Shown in pieces: positions 9,576-17,846 of a stretch of 34,727 nt of DNA. This stretch comes from a virus (Duplodnaviria > Caudoviricetes), in the IMG/VR virus record IMGVR_UViG_3300036987_000229, positions 1-34,727 of that record; one strand, 5' to 3'. The number at the start of each line of letters is the position of its first letter. The stretch's first letter is position 1. The position numbers and the translations under genes were made by a program. The notes below the pieces were generated by a model. The model was not told the origin of the DNA. It did no database searches and saw only the letters and a program-made list of their open reading frames with translations.

Positions 9576-9779
9576 CTATGTTTGCTTGTTTTCGTTTTTA
9601 CTATTGAAGTAATCGTACATTAAAGCAAACGACCAAAGTATAGGCCAAAACAAAGCCCAAATAATTGCCTCAATCTTATTTTCTTTTTTCCCCTTTTCCC
9701 CCGCGCTTCCTTTAAAAGCGTATATAAAAGTGTACCCGATTATAAGGTATTCAAAAACTGATATTATTTTCCAAATCAT
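9576..9779 (-). CDS. Small two-TM membrane protein
   Basis: Hydrophobic segments; 'WALFWPILW'. Confidence 0.6.
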   Translation of the reverse strand: MIWKIISVFEYLIIGYTFIYAFKGSAGEKGKKENKIEAIIWALFWPILWSFALMYDYFNSKNENKQT

Positions 9780-9813
9780 TTGTAGGTGTCTTTTGTAAAG
9801 TCTTTGCTTACTT

Positions 9814-10461
9814 TCATGGCCTGTATTCCAGTTTCGAGTTAGTGTTATCGGCAATGAAGTTTTGCATTTGATGCACGTATTGGACACGCGCAATAGCGTT
9901 GCAATCGCATACAAGAGAGTATATTTCTTTTATAACAATATCGTATAGATATATTTCATCAATTTTATACACCCCTTTGTTGTTATCAAGTGTAGAGAGT
10001 TCTTCGGGAGTAATCTCCACCCCCTTCAAATCATACTTCACAGCCCAATTCTTTGCGCCTTGCACCTTCACACTACCACGGCGTACTTGCTCAACTACGG
10101 TATTGACACCATTGCAGTTAATAGCATTGCCGGGGCGTAGGGTATCAGGGTCGATAAAAACATCTTCAACAGCTTTGTTTTTGGCGTAGTTTACAGCAAG
10201 TTCGATGTATTGCCCTATGCAATTGTATTTCTTCGATGGCCCCTTGCACATATCCAACACATCGGTTTCAAGGGTAATGTGCATCTGTGTGTACCCATCG
10301 CTGTTTATCTCGTTGCGGCGGCGCAATTCCGGCACCCCTTTAAAATCTGTAAAGTAATCTTCTAACAAGTCGGTTGTTAATTCGCCGGGAAATTGGCCAC
10401 CTAAACCGGTAAGGTATTGCGCCGCCTCGTTTTTTATTTTTACACTAAATGCTTTTTTCAT
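9814..10461 (-). CDS. Hypothetical protein
   Basis: ATG at 10461 with A-rich upstream; 215 aa. Confidence 0.7.
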   Translation of the reverse strand: MKKAFSVKIKNEAAQYLTGLGGQFPGELTTDLLEDYFTDFKGVPELRRRNEINSDGYTQMHITLETDVLDMCKGPSKKYNCIGQYIELAVNYAKNKAVEDVFIDPDTLRPGNAINCNGVNTVVEQVRRGSVKVQGAKNWAVKYDLKGVEITPEELSTLDNNKGVYKIDEIYLYDIVIKEIYSLVCDCNAIARVQYVHQMQNFIADNTNSKLEYRP

Positions 10462-10525
10462 TTTATAAGTTAAATAATCTACTCCCCACCCTCTCGTTTG
10501 AGACCTGCCGGGCACGTACCGTTCG

Positions 10526-10648
10526 TTACCCGTTTATCAAATCACTAATAAGGTGAATTAGAGTTTTAAAAAATTCCTCTCTTTCTTCACTCGTCATGTG
10601 TTCTGATTTTTCTTGGATTAGTTCGATAATTTCGTTTTCGTCTTTCAT
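10526..10648 (-). CDS. Small acidic protein (40 aa)
   Basis: MKDENEIIELIQEKSEHMTSEEREEFFKTLIHLISDLING read by hand. Confidence 0.5.
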   Translation of the reverse strand: MKDENEIIELIQEKSEHMTSEEREEFFKTLIHLISDLING

Positions 10649-10696
10649 ACTCTTAAATTAACCCAGTTACGAACGGGTAGCGTTTATTTGTTTTAA

Positions 10697-11272
10697 CCCC
10701 GAAGGGCTGCCTTGTTTACCGTATTTTATTTATACAGTTTCGCACAAAGCAATAAGCGTCCCTTTGCTGGCTGTGAACTCCAATAAATGGAAGTCTCTCT
10801 TTGTCTACACCAGCAAAATCATAAAGGGTGGCCTTATCGCTTTTTTAAGCTGGTTTAAGTCCAATGTATCGGTACTTTTATTTTCCCAACACCACGGTCA
10901 TAAGGCGCTTACCCAATATCATAAAATGGCAGGCGGCTGTGCTATTGCATACGACTTTACCGTCCAGTTATCGCGCCTGCCAAAATCATTAACCAACATA
11001 GGCAGGATTTGATACCTGCATGAAATATCCACGTGTAACCGATGGATAAATCTGTCCTTTAACGCTTGGGGGTTACAGCCCATCGTCTGTCACTTAGCGT
11101 ATATTTTCCTTATCTAAAGGCTTCCGCCACTATGTTGGTGTATTGTTGGGTGTTATAGCAGGATTAGAGAGAGCACTATCTCGGACTACTGTTCTGCTTA
11201 AATAGTTGACTAACTAACACCCGCCATATAAAACCCCACTATTTCCCAACTGTGAGGCTAACTATCAATTGC
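10697..11272 (-). ncRNA. Candidate array of structured non-coding RNA domains
   Basis: No credible ORF; TATGTTTG promoter at 11277-11284; seven consecutive stem-closed domains. Confidence 0.6.
10992..11139 (-). ncRNA. Enlarged tRNA-like RNA
   Basis: 10-bp closing stem ACCAACATAG/CTATGTTGGT, TGGCGGAA..TACGC D-arm-like, GCAGG-TATCAAAT-CCTGC T-arm-like. Confidence 0.6.
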
Positions 11273-11325
11273 GATACAAACATACAACAAAAAATCAACT
11301 TACCAAATATTATTTTGATTATTTT

Positions 11326-12555
11326 TTACCCTCGCTGTATTTTTAGTATGGCGCCGCGTATGGGTGTAACTTGTATTTTGTTAAGTGCTAAGTATCTAAG
11401 TGCATCAATGGAGTGATTGAACTTATCCACGGGCGCACCCGTTTTAACCCCGTTCCTATCCATCGCCCACTTATATTTTTTGATTTCGCTTATCAGATTG
11501 GCACTATCCACCGTAATATTGATTTTAAAGCGTTTTAAGGCATCAATTGAAGCGTTTACACTATCGGGACCCTTACGCGCACCCTCGATGAAAACAAAGC
11601 CCATACGGTGCAACTCTTCAATACTTTTAGGTTCAGCACTATCGGCTACAATAATATCCCTATTACCTACACCAAGCTCGTTCAACATCCTTTTTATATC
11701 GGGGTTAGTAAGTCCTTTCTCATAAAGCACCTCTTTTACCCACAATTCCCCACTTTGCATATACACAGCCGCACAGGCCGTTGGGTCGTTTGTAAACCCA
11801 AAATCAAGGCCATAACCGATTAATTTTGCATCTTGCGGTATATCAGCACAGATAGCATAATTAGTGAATATAAGCCCCGTTATTTTGCCATATTCACCCA
11901 GCCCAAATATTTGCCAGTATTCCGCGTCGGTATCTTTCAGCAACTCAATATCTTTTACAATAGTTTCTGAAAGAAAGGGGTTATCCCGATAACTGGAAAC
12001 GATTACCTTAACATCTTGATAACCATCCCTTACCGCCCTATCCTGTTCTAACTCTTTATTTATCCAAACCTCTTCATCGTCTGGATTGAAGTCGATAAAC
12101 ACCGTGCCGGTTGTGCGTAATGATAGCTGCCGGTATTCATCAAATGACAGTTCGTTTGCTTCGTTTATCCACAAGTGGGTACGCCCCGGCCCCCTTACTT
12201 TTTGTTCCTCTTCAACTGAAAAAAACTCTAAGGTATTGGTAATATCTCCTTGTGTAAATGTTATAGTGTTATAAGTCTTATTATGCTGCACCAGCGAATA
12301 CAGTCCAGTATCTTGCAGGATTGCAAGTATATCCCTCATGGCGCCTTGCCTGTGCACCGGCATAGTCTTACGTACGCAGGATAGCATTAATGGCTTATCG
12401 GTTATGGTAAACAGCAGCGATATAAAGTATTGTGCAAGGGCAAATGTTTTACCCGACCTTGTGCCGCCCCGGTTGATAATGATGCGGTATTTGCCGGACT
12501 GGACGGCCTCATAGGTTTCTTCAAATACGCGGCCATATTCGAGGTTGATGTTCAT
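11326..12555 (-). CDS. terL: Terminase large subunit (PBSX/SPP1-like)
   Basis: Walker A GGTRSGKT, Walker B LWINEANE, DFNP, GLDFG, ADSAEPKSI, NHSIDALRY. Confidence 0.95.
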   Translation of the reverse strand: MNINLEYGRVFEETYEAVQSGKYRIIINRGGTRSGKTFALAQYFISLLFTITDKPLMLSCVRKTMPVHRQGAMRDILAILQDTGLYSLVQHNKTYNTITFTQGDITNTLEFFSVEEEQKVRGPGRTHLWINEANELSFDEYRQLSLRTTGTVFIDFNPDDEEVWINKELEQDRAVRDGYQDVKVIVSSYRDNPFLSETIVKDIELLKDTDAEYWQIFGLGEYGKITGLIFTNYAICADIPQDAKLIGYGLDFGFTNDPTACAAVYMQSGELWVKEVLYEKGLTNPDIKRMLNELGVGNRDIIVADSAEPKSIEELHRMGFVFIEGARKGPDSVNASIDALKRFKINITVDSANLISEIKKYKWAMDRNGVKTGAPVDKFNHSIDALRYLALNKIQVTPIRGAILKIQRG

Positions 12556-12568
12556 TCAGAGGTTGACT

Positions 12569-12718
12569 TCACAATATCCTTTTCTCGCGATAGCTCAAAA
12601 CAAGCGTGTCTCCTATCTGAAAATCCCGGTCATTTTTTCGCACCTCAAAATTTTTTTGGCCAGTTAATATTCTATAATGATAATCTGGCCAAACCTTTAG
12701 TTCGTGTTTTTTGCTCAT
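12569..12718 (-). pseudogene. Truncated DUF3850/ASCH-like protein (49 aa)
   Basis: HELKVWPDY..ILTGQKNFEVRKNDRDFQIGDTLVL then early TGA; ATGA-coupled to terS. Confidence 0.65.
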
Positions 12719-13209
12719 TTGTCCTTCTTTAAAAAGTTTATATTGACCCCTTGGGGCATCGTTAGTTCGGTTTCGTGTTTATTTTTCAAGCCTAATTCCA
12801 TTGATATAATGTTTGAATTTAAAAATCCAGCTGCTGCGCCCGTGAACTTTTGCTCGAAAATAGTTTCGCGTATGCGCGTAACGACCTTAGAAAAATCTTT
12901 TGACACATCATCATATTTTTTTGCCAATTCTGCTTCAAATTGGTTAAAATAAGCCGTATTGCAGTCAAGATATCGGCACAGCCCTTGCATTGTAAATGCT
13001 CTCATTTTTGGAAGCTCTGTCATTTCTACATGGTCTCCTTCGCCGTTCACCCTTAACACCTGTGGTGAGGTCTCTATCAGCGGAGTATTAAAACACCATT
13101 CAAAATATTCACAAGCCGCCTCCCACATTAAATCAGGTGTTTCAAATAACTTATCCCTTCCATGCTTGCTTCTTAGCATCCAAAATTTATTACCTATCGG
13201 TGCTGCCAT
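12715..13209 (-). CDS. terS: Terminase small subunit (P22 gp3-like)
   Basis: N-terminus MAAPIGNKFW..RSKHGR..FETPD.MWEAACEYFEW and 'QKFTGAAAGFLN' match the P22 gp3 family. Confidence 0.9.
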   Translation of the reverse strand: MAAPIGNKFWMLRSKHGRDKLFETPDLMWEAACEYFEWCFNTPLIETSPQVLRVNGEGDHVEMTELPKMRAFTMQGLCRYLDCNTAYFNQFEAELAKKYDDVSKDFSKVVTRIRETIFEQKFTGAAAGFLNSNIISMELGLKNKHETELTMPQGVNINFLKKDK

Positions 13210-13220
13210 AGTTTTATAAT

Positions 13221-13269
13221 TTGCACCCTACGGGGGAAATCGAACCCCCGTAAACTACCATAGTAGGGT
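13221..13269 (-). ncRNA. Mini tRNA-like element (acceptor stem plus T-arm)
   Basis: ACCCTAC/GTAGGGT stem, GGGGG-TTCGATTT-CCCCC arm, TGGTAG in the short connector, 3' GCAA. Confidence 0.5.
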
Positions 13270-13541
13270 TAACAGGTTGCGGCCTTTACTGCCCACATCG
13301 CAGCATCTTCATAAGCCGTTTGAGCAAGCGAAATAAGGCGCATCTTTTCGCCTGATACCGCTTGTAATACCTCCGGGCTTTTGTCATAGGTTTTGCTGGC
13401 CTCTTCGTTTCTCATAGCCTCGAGGTCGTTAATAATGGCTGCGGTTTTCTGTTTAATTTGGTCAACCGAACCGTTGTTTGAAGGGTTAAATTTAACCCTT
13501 ATTCTTATTTCTCCGACTGTTTCGATTGTATTTTCGCTCAT
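13269..13541 (-). CDS. Acb2/Tad1-like hairpin protein, putative immune-signal sponge
   Basis: 'FNPS..VDQIK..AAII' and 'RLISLAQTAYEDAAMWAVKAAT' motif. Confidence 0.6.
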   Translation of the reverse strand: MSENTIETVGEIRIRVKFNPSNNGSVDQIKQKTAAIINDLEAMRNEEASKTYDKSPEVLQAVSGEKMRLISLAQTAYEDAAMWAVKAATC

Positions 13542-13580
13542 TTTTTATATGTGTTCGGTACGCCGTTCCCCGTTTTAGTT

Positions 13581-13805
13581 TTACAAATTTAACTCCTTAA
13601 TCTTAGCGTAAGTTTCTTTGATTGCTTTCTTAATACAACCCCTGCAACCGTTGTTGTAATTAGGTACAAGCCCCAACGCTTCGCGCAAGTCGCGGTGTGT
13701 TTGGTAGTTGGGATAGGATAACACGGTGGTTTGTTGGTAGTGTTCCCAAATCTTGCGTATTTCGTAAGCCGCCGCAAGGTCAATATTATTCGCCATACTT
13801 TTCAA
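13581..13805 (-). CDS. Small CxxC protein
   Basis: 'GCRGCIKK'; overlaps upstream gene. Confidence 0.6.
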   Translation of the reverse strand: MKSMANNIDLAAAYEIRKIWEHYQQTTVLSYPNYQTHRDLREALGLVPNYNNGCRGCIKKAIKETYAKIKELNL

Positions 13806-14076
13806 GTGTTTTGTAAATAAGGTAAATCAGTTCTGCTATTGCGGTGGTAGCAAAGCCGTGTATTATTGCAACAAAACCATATCCAACATATAGCGAAAAC
13901 GCAAGTCCAAGCCAAAATGCAAGGCATTGTCGGCAATCAAACGGCTTCAGTTTTATTTCGTACTCCGGAATACTAAGCCATTTTGACAGGTATTTTTTTC
14001 CAATGCCCGCTAACTCAAACCCGTCAACAAATGCAAAGGCAGCAAGGGCACAAAGTGTAAGGTGTATTGCTATCAT
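13786..14076 (-). CDS. Membrane protein, DUF1360-like
   Basis: 'KPFDCRQCLAFWLG' with flanking TM helices. Confidence 0.65.
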   Translation of the reverse strand: MIAIHLTLCALAAFAFVDGFELAGIGKKYLSKWLSIPEYEIKLKPFDCRQCLAFWLGLAFSLYVGYGFVAIIHGFATTAIAELIYLIYKTLEKYGE

Positions 14077-14663
14077 ATCGTTAATATAAAGTTAAAATCG
14101 GTAGTATGTCGCAAGGTGTAACCGTGCGAAGTAATAAACGGCAATAGGGTTTCATCAAACGGTAGTCCCAAAGTTGAATGCTCCACGATTAATATTTTCG
14201 GTTTGCAAACCTTTAGTATGTCGTGCAAAATAGTTTTCTCCATGCCCTCAACATCCAACGATAAAAGGCAAGGTGATGGAGAATACCTTAATAGGTCTTT
14301 TACTTTTATGCCGCAAACACTTACAGTACCATTTTCCGACGAAGGCTGCATCCGTATCAACTCCCCGTTATTCCTTTCATCTGGCAACACTTCAATGGTT
14401 TTAACAGGCCAATTATTAGGCAGTATAGCCCCTGCATAAAATTCAGTTTTTGGGCGTTCTTTTGCATACCCCGCTGCATGAACAAAGCTAATATCAATAG
14501 CCGTTCCACTCCAACCTAAGTACTTTTCAAAAGCATAAGTATTGTTATTGTTTTCGTAGTGGTTGCATCCAATATCTAAAAACGTTCCGTTTTCGGGCAA
14601 ATCTAAGTTTTCAAAAATCCATTTGTCTTCGCCGCGCTGGCTGTAAAATTGTTTTGTTTCCAT
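14073..14663 (-). CDS. FkbM-family methyltransferase
   Basis: 'YSQRGED', 'FLDIGC', 'NTYAFEK.LGWSG', 'LLSLDVEGME'. Confidence 0.85.
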   Translation of the reverse strand: METKQFYSQRGEDKWIFENLDLPENGTFLDIGCNHYENNNNTYAFEKYLGWSGTAIDISFVHAAGYAKERPKTEFYAGAILPNNWPVKTIEVLPDERNNGELIRMQPSSENGTVSVCGIKVKDLLRYSPSPCLLSLDVEGMEKTILHDILKVCKPKILIVEHSTLGLPFDETLLPFITSHGYTLRHTTDFNFILTI

Positions 14664-15415
14664 CAGTATTGCGCCCCCTCAGCAAATGGTAGTACTTCTT
14701 CATCCTTATGGGTAGCTTTGATTTTACGGTCAAGCACCGGCCATGGCATCCCCAAAGCGTGAACGGCATCACTTACAAAGTTAGGGTCATCACTTTGTAT
14801 TTGGTTATCGGTAATGTGTGGACCATGCCTGAACCTTAGTTTCTCAAAAACGCTACGGTGTATAAGCGCAAACCCTATATTACCGTGGTGTAACTCAACA
14901 ATCCCATCCCCTAACTCAATTAAACCATGCTTACCGCCAAATACATATTCGGCGTGCTTATGGTCATTGCGCCCCTTCACTTCACCAAACACAATAGGGC
15001 GGTTATACTCGTTTGCGGTATCAACAAACCGCTCCAAAGTATCGGGCGGGCAAGTCATATCGCTGTCTATAAACATCAGATATTCACAACCCAAACCTAA
15101 AGCGGCTTCAATACACATATTACGTGCCATACAAATAGGTACGAGCCTTTGTTGGTCTTGGTCGTAAGCGGGCTTTTTCCACCAAGAACTTTCAAATTCC
15201 CAACAGTCCGTGTGTATATCAATTCCTTTGTCTTCGCTTATCTCTATTGCATTGGTAAGAGGTAAGAACGCTTTTACACCTTGCGGAGACTCAATATTGT
15301 AATACACCACCTTGTTTTCATAAGTTTGATTTACAATACTTTCGTGCGGTATAAGTTGGTTGTGTGCCTTGCGCTTGCAGTGCAAGCAGGCTATTAGTAC
15401 TCGTGGTTGTGTCAT
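14663..15415 (-). CDS. Glycosyltransferase, GT-A fold (GT2-like)
   Basis: 'ARNMCIE', DxD 'FIDSD', 'GFALIHRSVFE', 'SDD..F'. Confidence 0.8.
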   Translation of the reverse strand: MTQPRVLIACLHCKRKAHNQLIPHESIVNQTYENKVVYYNIESPQGVKAFLPLTNAIEISEDKGIDIHTDCWEFESSWWKKPAYDQDQQRLVPICMARNMCIEAALGLGCEYLMFIDSDMTCPPDTLERFVDTANEYNRPIVFGEVKGRNDHKHAEYVFGGKHGLIELGDGIVELHHGNIGFALIHRSVFEKLRFRHGPHITDNQIQSDDPNFVSDAVHALGMPWPVLDRKIKATHKDEEVLPFAEGAQY

Positions 15416-15417
15416 AT

Positions 15418-15741
15418 TTATTCAGTTGCTTTTTTGATTACTTCCCTTGCGGAATTAATTGGTTGTAAAACTTCAAGTAAATCCTCTGTGCTTTGCGCCC
15501 TGTCTTTTGCTTCTATAATCTTTACTAAAGCATCTTTCATTTCGGGTGCAGCGGCTATCAGCTTGGCGTTATAAACATCTGCCTCGTTTATTTTTTTGAC
15601 AGGTGAAATTTGACAAATTGGCGTTGCAAACGGATTATTGGTAACAGGGTGTACCGATAAATTTTCAAATCCATCATGTACATTTTCAAAAACGCCATAT
15701 TTCCATGGCCCCGGTGTGTGTTTAAATTTTATGTTTTCCAT
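15418..15741 (-). CDS. Hypothetical early protein (KHTPGPW family), leaderless
   Basis: TATATTTG-TGAT-ATG; 'KHTPGPW', 'NAKLIAAAPEM'. Confidence 0.8.
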   Translation of the reverse strand: MENIKFKHTPGPWKYGVFENVHDGFENLSVHPVTNNPFATPICQISPVKKINEADVYNAKLIAAAPEMKDALVKIIEAKDRAQSTEDLLEVLQPINSAREVIKKATE

Positions 15742-15776
15742 ATCACAAATATACAATTTATTTCAATATACGCAAA

Positions 15777-16829
15777 CTATTTTTTTCCTGTTAAATCGCA
15801 AAGTGCCTTGTGCCTTTTTTCGGTTTCAATCTTTATATTGTAATATTTATCGCAAACTTTTTTAAGTTCAGCCCCGTAATGTTTTCGCATCTTTGCGCTC
15901 GTCATAAGCGTTTTTAAATGGGTAAACCAAGTATCACGGGTGGCAAACAATACCGCGTCTTTAAACTCGTTTTTATAATATGGTAGGCAATTTGAAGCAA
16001 TCACAGGCACCCCAAAATTACCCGCCTCCAATAGCTTCAGTTCCGATTTGCAGGCGTTAAATTCATTCGCTGCAAGCGGTGCAATAGCCACATCTATTTG
16101 CCGGTAAAATTTTGCATAAGCATCCACGGGTAAAGCGTTCCATAAATTTACATTATGGCTTGCGCACATCAGCCGGTATTGCGCAAAAACCATAACATTG
16201 TTTTGGTCTTGCGGGGCATAGCCAAACAGGTTCATGTTGTAATCTAAGCCCGATTGTGCCAGCTTGCCAAATCCATTGCGAACTACCGGAAAGTCATGTG
16301 TGTGTGTTATTGACCCCGCCCAACCTAACCGTATACCACCATTACGGGGCTGTATATCCTTGTTGCTAAACTGTGGTTGTGTTTTATCAATAGCATTTTT
16401 TATAACCTCAACACGGGCGTTGTGCTGCCTTATCTTTTTTGCGAGTGTGAATATGCTTGCCCAAACCATATCAGCGTTCTCAATGGCAAATAAAGTGCGT
16501 TTATCGGTATTGTGAGCGTACCAATACTCATACAAGATATGTTCTTTGGGCAACTCCCAATAATCGTCAATATCAATCACCATCGGTATGCCCCACTTGC
16601 GGACGGCTTCTAAATCTTCGGCATCCATCCCCCTGTTGGATATTGTGCGGCTCTTTATCACTACATCAAACTCACACTTGTCAGGCAGGTACTTAGAAAA
16701 TGTTACGTTATGCCCGTGCTGTCGGGCAAGGTTAATGCCCGGTACAACGGTACGGTGGTAGTCCACACCGCCCACGCTTTCCAGCGGTCGCGCGGGGTCG
16801 CGCAAGTCACATAGTATTAAAATATTCAT
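15777..16829 (-). CDS. Glycosyltransferase, GT-B fold (GT4-like)
   Basis: 'GVDYHR..P', 'DIDDYW', 'GWAGS.TH..D', 'DVAIAPL..NEFNACKSELKLLEAG..GVPVIAS'. Confidence 0.85.
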   Translation of the reverse strand: MNILILCDLRDPARPLESVGGVDYHRTVVPGINLARQHGHNVTFSKYLPDKCEFDVVIKSRTISNRGMDAEDLEAVRKWGIPMVIDIDDYWELPKEHILYEYWYAHNTDKRTLFAIENADMVWASIFTLAKKIRQHNARVEVIKNAIDKTQPQFSNKDIQPRNGGIRLGWAGSITHTHDFPVVRNGFGKLAQSGLDYNMNLFGYAPQDQNNVMVFAQYRLMCASHNVNLWNALPVDAYAKFYRQIDVAIAPLAANEFNACKSELKLLEAGNFGVPVIASNCLPYYKNEFKDAVLFATRDTWFTHLKTLMTSAKMRKHYGAELKKVCDKYYNIKIETEKRHKALCDLTGKK

Positions 16830-17424
16830 TCTTAATTTGTTGTATAATTTTTAGCGGTATACCCGTTTGGCGAGACAATAGCCGTTCCGCGTTTTCCGGT
16901 CTACCTTGTTTTGTTTCCGATACTATTTTTACCCCGGCTTTAAAAATGCTTTTTATTATCAGTCCCCGGAAGTGGTTGGGGTGTTTATGTTCTTTTAGTT
17001 CATTTCCAGCTTTTACCAATGCGTTGCGCCTATTGTTATCCAGTACATCGCATATTGAATATAGCTCGTTAAAATCAACATTCATGCCCTCAAACAATAT
17101 GTCAATAGCCCAGTCGATACTTTCTTTTTTTTCTTCAAAGTCAACGTCCGCTTGGTATATGGCTAAAAAGTCCATAGCCTTCGCATCTATCAAGACCGGC
17201 TTTTTTTTCGCTATTGTGTCGTAGTAGTAATTGCGGCAACAAGTGATAATAAGTTGAGGCACTTTTTTTTGTTCGTGAGCAAGCATAACGGTATCGGGGT
17301 ATCCTAATATTTTTTCAAAAGCACCCTGCCGTATCTCGTCCCAGTCATCCCCGCACAGATTTTTTAAGTAACCAACCACCGACGGGTTGTTGTAAGCCTC
17401 TGTTATTATCCTGTTAAAATCCAT
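16807..17424 (-). CDS. Putative ECF-like sigma factor (region 2-like)
   Basis: 'DDWDEIRQGAFEKIL' and 'LIITCCRNYYYD' resemble ECF region 2 (D..Q..F.K / .L..I.RN..D); C-terminal HTH-like 'RLLSRQTGIP'. Confidence 0.5.
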   Translation of the reverse strand: MDFNRIITEAYNNPSVVGYLKNLCGDDWDEIRQGAFEKILGYPDTVMLAHEQKKVPQLIITCCRNYYYDTIAKKKPVLIDAKAMDFLAIYQADVDFEEKKESIDWAIDILFEGMNVDFNELYSICDVLDNNRRNALVKAGNELKEHKHPNHFRGLIIKSIFKAGVKIVSETKQGRPENAERLLSRQTGIPLKIIQQIKNEYFNTM

Positions 17425-17837
17425 TACTTACCTAAAAAGTCTTTAGCGTATTGCAACATTTCATCATACTTAGCCTTATATGCTTTATCCGTATCGCAAA
17501 GGTCTTGATTAACTTTTGTTGCATGAATAATGGTACTATGGTCGCGGCTTCCAAGCGCAACACCTATTTGCGATAAGCTAATTTTTGGTAATAATTGCCT
17601 TATAACGCAAATCGTTTGAAATCTAAAATAAACATATTCTCGGGTTTTTTCCGGCCCTATAATTCTACCGTAAGTTAATTGCCTATAAAATGCTAAATTC
17701 TTAATCAGCATAATAATAAAATTTTTTGTATCTGAATAATTCACGATGTGTACAAATACATCAACCCCACATACTTCTTTTAAGTGGTTTACCGCAAAGT
17801 CCTTTACTTTTTTTTCTTCAATTTCGTAATTTTCCAT
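17424..17837 (-). CDS. DnaA C-terminal (domain IV) HTH protein
   Basis: 'SLSQIGVALGSRDHSTIIHA'. Confidence 0.8.
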   Translation of the reverse strand: MENYEIEEKKVKDFAVNHLKEVCGVDVFVHIVNYSDTKNFIIMLIKNLAFYRQLTYGRIIGPEKTREYVYFRFQTICVIRQLLPKISLSQIGVALGSRDHSTIIHATKVNQDLCDTDKAYKAKYDEMLQYAKDFLGK

Positions 17838-17846
17838 ATTATTTTT

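Noticed and set aside
10927-10982. Hammerhead ribozyme
   Set aside because: Multibranch fold lacks the CUGANGA/GAAA core
10764-11012. 82-aa plus-strand ORF in the ncRNA tract
   Set aside because: TTG start, no promoter, opposite to local transcription, no recognisable motif
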